The notes below the pieces were generated by a model, which was not told the DNA's origin, did no database searches, and worked only from the letters and a program-made list of their open reading frames with translations. A stretch of 64,000 nucleotides of DNA from an uncultured Alphaproteobacteria bacterium (GTDB lineage Bacteria > Pseudomonadota > Alphaproteobacteria > Rhizobiales > Xanthobacteraceae), in contig CAWFVF010000003.1 of NCBI GenBank assembly GCA_963819265.1, positions 15,881-79,880 on the forward strand. The letters run 5' to 3'. Each line of letters opens with the position of its first letter. Positions within the stretch are counted from its first letter, which is position 1. The translations under genes and the position numbers were made by a program. Below, one piece after another: positions 18,305 to 28,368 of the stretch.

Positions 18305-19516
18305 ATGGTAAACCAACGTCGCGCTTTGATCGTGGGCGGCTCGATGAGTGGGCTCCTGGCCGGCCTGATGCTGACGCGGCGGGGGTGGGACGTCGATATT
18401 TTCGAGCGGGCCGAACGGGAACTGTCCGGCCGGGGCGCGGGGATCGTGGCGCAGCCCGAATTGATCGCGCGCATGCAGGCGCTGGGCCTCGACATCGGCG
18501 ATCTCGGCGTCGCCGTGACGACCCGCAAGATCCTCGATACCGCGGGCCAGGTGAGCCTCGCGCTCGAATGCCCGCAGGTGCTCACTGCCTGGGAGCGCGT
18601 CTATCGCCTGCTGCGCGATGCTTTTCCGCCGGAACGCTATCATCGCGACCGCGGCGTCAAGGCATTCAGGCAGAGCGGGGAGGGTGTGGTTGCGCAGATC
18701 AGCGACGGCAGCACGGTCGCCGCCGAGGTTCTGATCGGCGCCGACGGTTTGCGCTCGACCGTGCGCCAGCAATGTCTGCCGGAAGCCGCACCGCTCTATG
18801 CCGGCTATATCGCCTGGCGCGCACTGTTGCCGGAAAGCTCAATCCCGTCGGCCATCCATCGCGAACTGTTCATGGGCATGACGTTCTGCCTGCCGCCCGG
18901 CGAACAATGTCTCGGCTACCCGGTCGCCGGGCCCGACAATGAACTGCGCCCCGGCCAGCGCCGCTATAATGTGATCTGGTACCGGCCGGCCGACGAAGCC
19001 ACCGAATTGCCATCGCTTCTCACCGATAAAAACGGCGCGCTGCATTCGATTTCGATTCCGCCGCCGCTGATACGGGCCGAGCCGATCGCGGCGATGCGGG
19101 CCGCGGCCGATCGGTTGTTGGCGCCGCAATTCCGCGCCATCGTCGGTCTGATCGACGAGCCGATCCTGCAGCCGATCTACGATCTCGAAAGTCCGCAACT
19201 CGCCTTCGGACGCGTCGCGCTGATCGGCGACGCCGCTTTCGTGGCCCGGCCGCATGTCGGTGCCGGCGTCTCCAAGGCGGCCGACGACGCGGCGGCGCTG
19301 GCCGAGGCGCTCGACGCCCAGGATGTCGAGGGCGCATTGCGCCGCTACGAAAGCGAGCGGCTGCCGGAGAACAAAAAAATCATCGAGCGCGCGCGCCATC
19401 TCGGCGCCTATCTGCAAGCCACCCAGACCGCCGAGGAACGGACCCGCTCGGCCCGCCACAGCATCCCCGAAGCGGTGCTGGCGGAGACCGCACTGGTCGA
19501 TTTTCTGCACGCGTGA
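18305..19516 (+). CDS. FAD-dependent aromatic-ring monooxygenase family protein
   Basis: ALIVGGSMSGLLAGLML dinucleotide fold, LIGADGLRSTVR, ALIGDAAFVARPHVGAGVSKA. Confidence 0.85.
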   Translation: MVNQRRALIVGGSMSGLLAGLMLTRRGWDVDIFERAERELSGRGAGIVAQPELIARMQALGLDIGDLGVAVTTRKILDTAGQVSLALECPQVLTAWERVYRLLRDAFPPERYHRDRGVKAFRQSGEGVVAQISDGSTVAAEVLIGADGLRSTVRQQCLPEAAPLYAGYIAWRALLPESSIPSAIHRELFMGMTFCLPPGEQCLGYPVAGPDNELRPGQRRYNVIWYRPADEATELPSLLTDKNGALHSISIPPPLIRAEPIAAMRAAADRLLAPQFRAIVGLIDEPILQPIYDLESPQLAFGRVALIGDAAFVARPHVGAGVSKAADDAAALAEALDAQDVEGALRRYESERLPENKKIIERARHLGAYLQATQTAEERTRSARHSIPEAVLAETALVDFLHA

Positions 19517-19540
19517 GCGGCAGCCTGCGGCCGCCGCGCC

Positions 19541-19963
19541 TCAGACAAGCTTGGCGTCGAGCGTGATCTCGGCGTTGAGCACCTTGGAAACCGGGCAGTT
19601 CTTTTCGGCGGCGCCGGCGAGCTTGGCGAAGGTCGCCTCGTCGAGGTTCGGGACCTTGGCGCGCAGCGTCAGCGCCGACTTGCTGATCTTGAAGCCCTGT
19701 CCCTCGGGGTCGAGGCTGACGGCCGCTTCCGTGCTCAGCTCGGTCGGGGTAAAGCCCGCGGCCTGGAGCTGGAAGGCGAGCGCCATGGTGAAGCAGCCGG
19801 CGTGTGCGGCGGCAATCAGCTCTTCCGGATTGGTGCCTTTTTCATTTTCAAAGCGTGTTTTGTAGGAATAGGGCGTGGTGGCGAGCACGCCGGAATCGGT
19901 CGAAAGATTGCCCTTGCCGTCGCGGCCGGTGCCGCTCCAGACAGCCTTTGCCTTGCGGATCAT
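19541..19963 (-). CDS. osmC: OsmC family peroxiredoxin
   Basis: MIRKAKAVWSGTGRDGKGNLSTDSG..NPEELIAAAHAGCFTMAL..EKNCPVSKVL. Confidence 0.88.
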   Translation of the reverse strand: MIRKAKAVWSGTGRDGKGNLSTDSGVLATTPYSYKTRFENEKGTNPEELIAAAHAGCFTMALAFQLQAAGFTPTELSTEAAVSLDPEGQGFKISKSALTLRAKVPNLDEATFAKLAGAAEKNCPVSKVLNAEITLDAKLV

Positions 19964-20068
19964 GAAAAGTCTCCTTTGGGAACCGGGCGGTTTTGGCCCG
20001 GTTTGCCGATCAAGCACAAAACACGTCGGCGTGTCTTTGGTTCAGCCGAATAGCGTCGGCGGCGTGCC

Positions 20069-21538
20069 TTATAAATAACCAGTGCCGACTTCTGCGGCGA
20101 AGCGGGCGGGTCCGCCCTCCCAGACAATGCGGGCATGCTCGAGCACATAGACGCGGTCGGCATGCGGCAGCGCGAAAGTGACGTTCTGTTCGCCGAGCAG
20201 CACGGTTATAGCGGTGGTCTGGCGCAGCCGCTCCAGCGCTTTTGAAATCTGCTCGAGGATGACCGGCGCGAGGCCTAGCGTCGGCTCGTCGAGGATCAGG
20301 AGCTTCGGCTTCATCATCAGCGCCCGCGCGATGGTGAGCATCTGCTGCTCGCCTCCTGACAGCGTGCCGGCGGCCTGCTTCTGCCGTTCGCGGAGGATGG
20401 GAAAGAGTTCGAACAGCCAGCCGATCTGCTCGGCATTTTCGGCGGGCGGCAGATGCTGGCCGCCGAGGTCCAGATTTTCCCGCACCGTCATGTCGACGAA
20501 GAGATCGCGTCCTTCCGAGCATTGCACGATGCCGTTGCGTGCGATCGTGGCCGCGGTTTTGCCGCGCAACGTTGCGCCTTCGCGGCGGATATTGCCGGCG
20601 TATGGCAGCATGCCGGATATGGCATTGAACAGCGTGGTTTTGCCGGCGCCGTTCAAGCCGACCACCGAGACGAATTCGCCGGCATGAACATGGATCGAGA
20701 CGTTATCCAGCGCCTGGGCCTTGCCGTAGAAAACGCTGACATTGTCGACTTGCAGAAACGGCGTCGTATCGCGGAACGAAGATTCCGGGCGCGCCGCGGT
20801 CTGGATATCGCCGCCGAGATAGACGCGGCGCACGGTTTCGTTGCGCATCACCTCGTCGGCGGAGCCTTCGGCGATGCGTTCGCCGACATACATCGCCAGC
20901 ACGCGGTCGACCAGGCGGGCGACGCTCTTCACATTATGATCGACCAGCAGCACGGCGCGGCCGTCATCGCGCAATTCGCAGATCAGATCGGAGAACGCCG
21001 CGGTTTCGGTTCCGGTCAGGCCGGCGAACGGTTCGTCGATCAACAGCACTTTGGGATCGCGCGCGATCGCTTTGGCGATCTCGATCTTGCGCAGGTCGGC
21101 GAACGGCAGCGTGCCGGGCCGGCGATCGAGCACATGGCTCAAGCCGACCCGCGCGGCGATGGCGCGGGCGCGCGTATCGGTGTCGGGGTCCGCCAGCAGC
21201 CGGGTCAGCTTGTCGGGCAACAGCGCGAGCTTGATGTTCTCGAGCACGGTTTGCCGATGCAAAGGGCGCGAATGCTGGAACACCATGCCGGCGCCCAGCC
21301 GCGCGATCTTGTGCGACGGCGAACCCGCCACCTCGACGCCGCAAATCCGCACCGAACCTGAATCCGGGCGCTCGATGCCCATGATCAGCTTCATCACGGT
21401 CGATTTGCCGGAACCGTTAGGCCCGATCAGGCCGAGAATTTCACCCGCGCGGACGTCGAACGACATGTCGTTGACGGCGACCAGGCCGCCGAACCGCTTG
21501 GTGAGGCTTTTGACCTCGAGGTGCGCGGCTTCCGTCAT
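20069..21538 (-). CDS. Fused double ABC ATPase (LivG-like plus LivF-like halves in one polypeptide)
   Basis: Two Walker A sites (GPNGSGKST, GLNGAGKTT) and two signature/Walker B sets in 489 aa. Only the C-terminal half of the 984-aa ORF is real. Confidence 0.88.
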   Translation of the reverse strand: MTEAAHLEVKSLTKRFGGLVAVNDMSFDVRAGEILGLIGPNGSGKSTVMKLIMGIERPDSGSVRICGVEVAGSPSHKIARLGAGMVFQHSRPLHRQTVLENIKLALLPDKLTRLLADPDTDTRARAIAARVGLSHVLDRRPGTLPFADLRKIEIAKAIARDPKVLLIDEPFAGLTGTETAAFSDLICELRDDGRAVLLVDHNVKSVARLVDRVLAMYVGERIAEGSADEVMRNETVRRVYLGGDIQTAARPESSFRDTTPFLQVDNVSVFYGKAQALDNVSIHVHAGEFVSVVGLNGAGKTTLFNAISGMLPYAGNIRREGATLRGKTAATIARNGIVQCSEGRDLFVDMTVRENLDLGGQHLPPAENAEQIGWLFELFPILRERQKQAAGTLSGGEQQMLTIARALMMKPKLLILDEPTLGLAPVILEQISKALERLRQTTAITVLLGEQNVTFALPHADRVYVLEHARIVWEGGPARFAAEVGTGYL

Positions 21539-21540
21539 GC

Positions 21541-22467
21541 TCAGCCCGGTTCTTTGCTGCGGCTGAGCAGGCCGAAAAAGCCGCCGGGAAACACCAGCAC
21601 GACGACCAGCGCCATGGCGAAGACGACAAAATTCGCCAGATCGCCGATCGGCCGCAGCGCCTCGCTCATGGCAATGAGAAACACGGCGCCGAGCACGCCG
21701 CCGAGGATGGTGCGCCGGCCGCCCAGCACCGCGGCGATGATGATCTGCACGCCGACGGTGATGTCGACCAGCGTGCCCACCGAAGCGGAGCCCAGGTAAA
21801 ACACCACCATGCCGCCGGCGAGGCCGGAGAAGAACGCGCTGATGATGAAGGCCGCGAGCTTGTGCTTGGTGACGTTGAAGCCGAGCGCGCCGGCCTGCAC
21901 CGCATCCTGTCCGCTCGCCTGCAGGATAAGGCCGACCGGCGACCGCGACAGCGCGAACAGGATGGCGCCGCTCACGGCCATGAACCACAGCGCGATCTCG
22001 TAGTTCTTGGCGTCGCTGATGGTGATGACGTCGGGCACCGTCAGCCCGATCTCGCCGCCGGTCAGGCTGGCATCGACGACGATGAAATTCTGCAGCATCA
22101 GTACGGCGACCAGCGTCGTCAGCCCGAAATAGGGGCCGCGCACCCGCAGCGCCGGCAATGCCAGCACGACGCCGCCGGCCACGGCGGCGAAGGCGCCGGC
22201 GATCAGGCACAGCCAGATCGGCGGCTGATAAAGGTTGTCGAGGATGCCTGCGGTATAGGCGCCGGTGCCGATCAGGAAGGTCGGACCGAAATTGACCTCG
22301 CCGGCAAAGCCGAACAACAAGTCCCAGGCCATGGCGAACACGCCGAAGTAATAGGCGATGGTCAACAGCCCGAGGATATAGCCGGACACGCCGAGCGGCA
22401 GAAACGACGCCAACACGACGACGCCGAGAGCGATCAACATCACGCGTGTGGTGGAGGATAAGCGCAT
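21541..22467 (-). CDS. ABC transporter permease (LivM-like)
   Basis: 308-aa polytopic permease abutting the flanking genes. Confidence 0.85.
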   Translation of the reverse strand: MRLSSTTRVMLIALGVVVLASFLPLGVSGYILGLLTIAYYFGVFAMAWDLLFGFAGEVNFGPTFLIGTGAYTAGILDNLYQPPIWLCLIAGAFAAVAGGVVLALPALRVRGPYFGLTTLVAVLMLQNFIVVDASLTGGEIGLTVPDVITISDAKNYEIALWFMAVSGAILFALSRSPVGLILQASGQDAVQAGALGFNVTKHKLAAFIISAFFSGLAGGMVVFYLGSASVGTLVDITVGVQIIIAAVLGGRRTILGGVLGAVFLIAMSEALRPIGDLANFVVFAMALVVVLVFPGGFFGLLSRSKEPG

Positions 22468-23349
22468 CTAGCGGCGCCCCAACAATCCGCGCGGGCGGAC
22501 ATACATCACCGCGACCAGCAACAGCAGCGCCGGGATGGTGCGATAGGCCGGCGAGATCAGATAGGCGGTCAGCGTCTCCAGATAGCCGACCACATAGGCG
22601 GCAATCAGCGCGCCGGAGACACTGCCGAGGCCGCCCAACACCACGATCGAGAAGGCGCTCGCGGTCAGCGGTCCGACGCTGTAGGACGACACGCCGAGGA
22701 ACATGCCGAGCAGCACGCCGGCAACGCCGACCAGCACGCCATAGATCGCCCACACCGCGATATAGACCTGCGACAATTCGATGCCGAGCAGCGTGACGCC
22801 GCGCGGACTCATCGAGGCGGCGAGCACCGCTTTGCCGCCACGCGTCTTGTTGACCAGCAGCCAGAGTATGCCGATGACCAGCCAGCACACCACCGCGGTG
22901 AAAATCTCGTTCGACGGCGTGCGAACGCCGACGATCGAGACGACGCCTTGCACGATCGGCGCCACGGTCTTGGCATTGTTGGTGTAGAGGTAGCCGATCA
23001 GCTCCTGGATCATGATGCCCCACAGCAGCGTCGCGGTGAGGATGAAAATCTCCTTTTCTTCCTCGCGGATCTTGCGCGAGTTCTGCAGCGGCCGGACGAT
23101 CAGGAAATAAGTCAGCAGCGAAGCGCCGAAGCCGACCGCGACGCCGAGCGCCGCGCCGGCATAGGGCCCGGCATGCAGATCGTTGCCGGCGGCCCAGGCG
23201 GCGACCACGGCGGCCACCATCAGCGCACCGTGCGACAGATTAAGAACGCCGGAAACGCCGAAAATCAAAGCAAAGCCCGTGGCGCCGAGCGCATAGAGCG
23301 AACTGATCGCAAAGCCGTCGATCAGGATTTGCCAGAACACCACGCCCAC
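22468..23349 (-). CDS. ABC transporter permease (LivH-like)
   Basis: 293-aa polytopic permease. Confidence 0.85.
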   Translation of the reverse strand: MGVVFWQILIDGFAISSLYALGATGFALIFGVSGVLNLSHGALMVAAVVAAWAAGNDLHAGPYAGAALGVAVGFGASLLTYFLIVRPLQNSRKIREEEKEIFILTATLLWGIMIQELIGYLYTNNAKTVAPIVQGVVSIVGVRTPSNEIFTAVVCWLVIGILWLLVNKTRGGKAVLAASMSPRGVTLLGIELSQVYIAVWAIYGVLVGVAGVLLGMFLGVSSYSVGPLTASAFSIVVLGGLGSVSGALIAAYVVGYLETLTAYLISPAYRTIPALLLLVAVMYVRPRGLLGRR

Positions 23350-23427
23350 GCGGAGAGCCCCTTCACGAAATCTCCCCGCGCGCGGCTGCGGGCGGGGAGG
23401 GTTTCGAAAGCGCCGGTCAGCTTCTCA

Positions 23428-24696
23428 TCAATTGGCCGCGCCGACCTTGATGAATTTCGGGAACTTCAGCTTGCCGTTGGCGACGGCGGCCGGCCACAGA
23501 TTGACCTGCTTGCCGTCCTGCCATTGCAGCATCAGGCCGGTGATGGTGTCGGCGCCGACCTTGAGCGCGTGCGGATTGGGCGAATCCTTGCCCTTGAACT
23601 GGACGCGGCCGATGGTGCCGACGTAATCGGTCTTTTCCAGCGCATCGACCAGCTTCTCGGGATCGGTCCCGCCGCGCTTGATCGCATCGGCGATGTAATA
23701 AACTTCGTCATAGGCGGTGTAGCCGCAGTAGGACGGGAAGTTGCCGTATTTCTGCTTGAACGCTTTGACGAACGGCAGTGTCTTCGGCGTCACTGCAACA
23801 TCGGGGCCGGAGACGGCCTGATACAGCACGCCTTCGGTCGCGCCGTTGGTATCGTTCCAGAAGCTCGAATTGGTCGCCTGCGAGGCGATGCCGAGCATCG
23901 GGATCGGCACTTCCTGTTGCTTCCATTGCACCGTCGGCTGCACGCCGACATGCGAGATGCCGGTGATCATCACGTCCGGCTTCTCGCCCTCGATCTTGTT
24001 GAAGATCGGCGTGAAGTCGGTGGTGTCGGGCGAGAAGCGAATATGGTCGATGACGTTGATCCCGATATTCGGCAGACACTTCAGATATTCGGCATCGAGC
24101 GGAGTGGTCCACGCCGCATCTTCGCTCATCACCACGGCGGACTTCATATGGAGGTCCTTGACCAGCAGGTCCTTGGCGGCATCGCAGGTCGAATCCGCCA
24201 GACTCGTCGAGGTCAGATAGCCGTGAAAGGTGTATTTGAGATTGTCGTAGTCCTTGGCGATGTTCTGGGTGATGACATCGGAAGCGGCGCCCGGCGTCAC
24301 CATCACGGTCTTGAGTCGTCCGGCCCACGGCTCGAGCGCCAGCACGACTTCGCTGACATAGCTGGCGATCACGGCGTTGACGTGATCTTCGTTGGCGGCG
24401 CGCTGGAAGGCGCGCACCGACTCGGCAGCCGACGAGTGATTGTCGTAGGAAACGATCTCGATCTTGCGGCCGTTGACGCCGCCCGCGGCGTTGATCTCGT
24501 CGGCCGCGAGTTGGGCGGCTTGCGGGATCGACGAACCGGCGACGGCTTGGGCTTCGGCGATCACGCCGATCTTGATCGGGTCGCCGGCGGATTGGGCGTA
24601 TCCCGGCGTGGCCAGCGCCAAAGCAAGCGCGGCGGCTGGAAGCCCGGCGAAGAGTGGCGCAGACATGCTACGCCCTTGAGACTTGCGCATTGTCAT
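23428..24696 (-). CDS. Periplasmic substrate-binding protein, LivK/amide-urea (type I PBP) family
   Basis: Signal peptide ..LALATPGYA-QS, IKIGVIAEAQAVAGSSI..AADEINAAGGVNGRKIEIV. Confidence 0.85.
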   Translation of the reverse strand: MTMRKSQGRSMSAPLFAGLPAAALALALATPGYAQSAGDPIKIGVIAEAQAVAGSSIPQAAQLAADEINAAGGVNGRKIEIVSYDNHSSAAESVRAFQRAANEDHVNAVIASYVSEVVLALEPWAGRLKTVMVTPGAASDVITQNIAKDYDNLKYTFHGYLTSTSLADSTCDAAKDLLVKDLHMKSAVVMSEDAAWTTPLDAEYLKCLPNIGINVIDHIRFSPDTTDFTPIFNKIEGEKPDVMITGISHVGVQPTVQWKQQEVPIPMLGIASQATNSSFWNDTNGATEGVLYQAVSGPDVAVTPKTLPFVKAFKQKYGNFPSYCGYTAYDEVYYIADAIKRGGTDPEKLVDALEKTDYVGTIGRVQFKGKDSPNPHALKVGADTITGLMLQWQDGKQVNLWPAAVANGKLKFPKFIKVGAAN

Positions 24697-24874
24697 TCCC
24701 TCCCTGAAATCTTAACGTCGTCCTTGAAGGCGACGGCTTGTCATCAGTCTATCGGAACGCCCCCCGGCGGCAAGCTGGTTTATCTCAAGAGCAGATGAAG
24801 TTTTGCCGCAAGCGGCTGTGCCGCCGGGCTCAATCGGCTTCGCAATTAAAACGGATCAAAGGCAGGAACTCCCA

Positions 24875-25805
24875 ATGAAGGCAGCGTTCTTTGAACAATT
24901 CGGCGGTCCCGAAGTCCTCAAATATGGCGATCTGCCGGATCCGGTGGCGGCGCCGGGCGAAGTGGTCGTCGACGTCGTCGCCGCCAGCGTGAATGCCGCC
25001 GATTGGAAGTTCCGCGCCGGCGAATATCCGAACAAGGACACGACCAAATTTCCCGCGATCCCGGGACGGGATTTTTCCGGCGTGGTCGGGTCGCTCGGCG
25101 CGGGCGTCGACGATCTGAAGGTCGGCGACGCGGTGTTCGGCGTGCTCGATGCCGGCCGCGAGGGAACTTATTGCGAAAAGATCGCGATCAAGGCGGCGCT
25201 GCTCGGCAAGAAGCCGGATGCGCTATCGCATGTCGATGCCGCAGCGCTGGCTTTGACCGGTCTTACCGCGATGAGCGCGGTCGCCGATACGCTGCAGCTC
25301 AAGCGCGGCGAGACGATCTTGATCCAAGGCGGGGCGGGCGGCGTCGCGAGCTTCGCTATTCAATATGCCCATCACATCGGCGCCCGCGTCATCACCACGA
25401 CCAGCGCGGCGAATGCCGCCTATGTCCGCGCCCTCGGTGCCGACGAGGTGATCGACTACAATGCGCAGGATTTCACCAAAGCCGTCAGCAACTGCGACGC
25501 GGTGTTCGACACCGTCGGCGGCGACGTGGCGCGGAAGTCGTTTGCCGTGCTCAAGCCGGGCGGCCGCGGCGCCTTCATCGCCTCCGGCATGCAAGCGCCG
25601 AAGCCCGATCGCGACGATGTGACGTCGCTGCGGCCCCCGGTCCAGCGCTCGCGCGCCGGCATGGAACGCATTGCCGAACTGGTTCGAAATCGGCGCTGTT
25701 CGGCCGCCCGAGACCAAGCTCTATCGTCTGGCCGACGTCGTCGAAGCGCATCGCCTGAGTCAGTCGCGCCATTTCCGCGGCAAGCTCGTTTTTCAAGTGC
25801 GTTGA
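24875..25805 (+). pseudogene. NADPH:quinone reductase-like zinc-type (MDR family) oxidoreductase, one +1 frame break at ~25684
   Basis: MKAAFFEQFGGPEVL..VNAADWKFRAGEY..ILIQGGAGGVASFAIQYA.. then ELV | EIGAVRPPETKLYRLADVVEAHRLSQSRHFRGKLVFQVR* in the next frame. Confidence 0.85.
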
Positions 25806-25821
25806 GCAGGAAGAGCCGCGT

Positions 25822-27159
25822 ATGCCGGAAGCGAACATCGTCAACGTCGGCGACGTTATCGAGACGCAGCAATCGAGCTGGTTTCAACGCAACCTGATCT
25901 TCTGGATCGCCATCACCATGGTGATCGAGGGCAATGACAATCAGGTGGTCGGCTTCGCCGCGCCGCTGATGACCCAGGCCTTGCATATCGACAAGGCAAG
26001 CTTCGGTCCGGTGTTCGGTGTCGGCCTGTTCGGCTACATGCTCGGCGCCCTGGCGCTCAGCGCGGTCGGCGACCGCATCGGCCGGCGGCGCCTGGTCATC
26101 GCCGGCGCGGTGGTGTTCGGCATTTTCACCATTGCCACCGCCTATTGCGAGACTTTGTCGACGCTGCTGCCGATCCGGTTTTGCGCCGGCGTCGGGCTCG
26201 GCGCGGCGATCCCGAATGCGATCGCACTGATGGCGGAATATGCACCGAAGCGCACCCGCGCCACCCGCATCGCGCTGATGTTCGTCGCCTATACGCTCGG
26301 CAGCGCGTTCGGCGGCTTCTTCGCCGGCTGGCTGATGCCGCGCTATGGCTGGACCTCGGTGTTTCAATTCGGCGGCTGGAGCGGTCTCGCGCTTGCCGGC
26401 GCTTTGTATTTCATGCTGCCGGAATCGGTGCGCTTTCTTGCGGTAACGCATGCCCGCCTCGGCGAGCTTGCCAATACCCTCAAGCGTCTCGACCCGCGAT
26501 TGCAGATCGGGCCCCGGACGCAATTCGTCTCCGCCGAGGCGAAAGAGCCGGGCGTGCCGGTCAAGCATCTGTTCCTGGAAAACCGCGCCGCCAAGACCGC
26601 GTTATTGTGGCTTGCCTTCATCGCCAATCAAATGACGCTGATCTTCATGACCAGTTGGCTGCCTACGGTCATCCACGAGAACGGCATCAGTTTGCAAAAT
26701 GCGGTGAACACGGTTTCGTTGCTGCAACTGGGCGGCGCAGTCGGCAGCATAGCGTTCGGGCGGATTCTCGACCGTCTTGGCGTTTATGCTCTGGCCGCAG
26801 GTTTCTTGATCGCCATACCCTTTGTCGTCGGCCTCGGCTCGGCGGGCGTATCCGTCGCCTTGTTGATGGCGATTGCAACCGCGACCGGATTCTTCATCGC
26901 CGGCGGTCAGGCGGGCATCAACGCGCTCTCCGGAACGATCTATCCGACCTATATGCGCTCGACCGGTTCCGGCTGGGCGTTCGGTATCGGCCGCACCGGC
27001 TCCATCCTCGGCCCGGTCATCGGCGGAATGCTGCTGGGTTTGAGCCTGCCGACGCAGTACTTGTTTTTGTTCGCGGCAGTCCCGGTGCTGTGTGCGGCAG
27101 CCGCGCTGTTTCTTCTGGGCCGTGTCGCCGGCCGTTTCCCGCAGGACAGTGAAGTTTAG
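25822..27159 (+). CDS. MFS transporter, aromatic acid:H+ symporter-like (PcaK family)
   Basis: 445 aa, 12-TM pattern, GDRIGRRR motif between TM2 and TM3. Confidence 0.85.
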   Translation: MPEANIVNVGDVIETQQSSWFQRNLIFWIAITMVIEGNDNQVVGFAAPLMTQALHIDKASFGPVFGVGLFGYMLGALALSAVGDRIGRRRLVIAGAVVFGIFTIATAYCETLSTLLPIRFCAGVGLGAAIPNAIALMAEYAPKRTRATRIALMFVAYTLGSAFGGFFAGWLMPRYGWTSVFQFGGWSGLALAGALYFMLPESVRFLAVTHARLGELANTLKRLDPRLQIGPRTQFVSAEAKEPGVPVKHLFLENRAAKTALLWLAFIANQMTLIFMTSWLPTVIHENGISLQNAVNTVSLLQLGGAVGSIAFGRILDRLGVYALAAGFLIAIPFVVGLGSAGVSVALLMAIATATGFFIAGGQAGINALSGTIYPTYMRSTGSGWAFGIGRTGSILGPVIGGMLLGLSLPTQYLFLFAAVPVLCAAAALFLLGRVAGRFPQDSEV

Positions 27160-27276
27160 GCGCGCCGACCGTTATTCATCGGACATTCCACTCTTTTTGG
27201 AACTTCGGCACGCATATCGTCGTTTACTGACGATTGCGGTCGGGTCGTGCGTGATTGGAACTGTTCGGAATACTTA

Positions 27277-28368
27277 ATGCCATCGGATGAAAAATATTGT
27301 CGCGAGCCCATCGTTGCAGTTCCCGCTCGAAATGAGGAAGACCGACTCCCGACGCTGATCGAAGCGCTCGGCCGCCAAACTTGGCTGGCCAAGAGCGGCA
27401 GAAACCTTCAGGTGGTCGTGGTCTTGAATAACTGCGCCGATCGTTCCGCTGCCGCATTAGCCGGCGCGGCGGCAAGGTATCCGGCGCTCGATCTCGACGT
27501 CGTTGAAGTCGAATTTTCCCCGAAAGAGGCCCATGTCGGTTTCGCCAGGCGATTGGCGATGGATCGCGCGCTCGAACTCGGTTCATCGCATTCGGTCCTG
27601 CTCACGACCGATGCCGATGCCGCGCCGCTGCCGAATTGGATCGATGCCAATCTGGCCGCGATAGATGATGGCGCCGATATCGTCGGCGGTCATATCGTCG
27701 GCGACCAGGCTGAAGAACGGCAGCTCGGTCCACGGTTCCTGCGCCGCGCCGCCTGCCATCTGCGTTACAGCAGCCTGGTCGATCGGCTGGCGGCCCTGAT
27801 CGATCCCTTGCCGCACGATCCGTGGCCTCGCCATTCCGATCATACCGGCGCCAGCCTCGCGGTCCGCGGCGACGTCTACGCTGCGGTGGGTGGCATGGCG
27901 CCCCTGCCGTCTCGCGAGGACTTGGCGTTCGTCAATCGCGTGCGCAGGGCGGGATATCATCTGCGCCATCCGCTTGACGTGTGCGTCAAGGTCTCCGCCC
28001 GGCTGGAGGGACGCGCGATGGGCGGCATGGCCAATTGTTTGAAGCTTTGGCTCAGCGCCGAACAGCAGGGCTTGCCGCATCTCGTCGAGGATCCCCGATC
28101 GGTCGTGGACCGGCTGCGACGGCGGCGGTTATGCCGCGAACTCGCCGCCGGCCGCGCTTTGCATTTCGGCGATCTCATCGAGCCCTTCGGCAGTGAGGTT
28201 TTCAGTGGGCTCGGCCGTACCGGTCAACGCTCGCCTCGACGCGGGACGCTCATCGACATCGTCGCGCCTGACGAGCCGGACGCACCCGGCAGTGTCGAAG
28301 TGGTGACGGCGATCGGGCAGATCGAGCGGATGATTGCCGACCGGCAGAAGGAAATCCATGTCTCGTGA
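27277..28368 (+). CDS. Family 2 glycosyltransferase
   Basis: IVAVPARNEEDRL, LLTTDADAAP (DxD), REDLAF. Alternative GTG start at 27247. Confidence 0.8.
   Translation: MPSDEKYCREPIVAVPARNEEDRLPTLIEALGRQTWLAKSGRNLQVVVVLNNCADRSAAALAGAAARYPALDLDVVEVEFSPKEAHVGFARRLAMDRALELGSSHSVLLTTDADAAPLPNWIDANLAAIDDGADIVGGHIVGDQAEERQLGPRFLRRAACHLRYSSLVDRLAALIDPLPHDPWPRHSDHTGASLAVRGDVYAAVGGMAPLPSREDLAFVNRVRRAGYHLRHPLDVCVKVSARLEGRAMGGMANCLKLWLSAEQQGLPHLVEDPRSVVDRLRRRRLCRELAAGRALHFGDLIEPFGSEVFSGLGRTGQRSPRRGTLIDIVAPDEPDAPGSVEVVTAIGQIERMIADRQKEIHVS

Noticed and set aside
20069-23023. 984-aa ORF looking like one giant ABC protein
   Set aside because: The N-terminal half is an out-of-frame reading of the two permease genes, which have their own clean ORFs at 21541-22467 and 22468-23349. 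The real product starts at MTEAAHLEV (21538).
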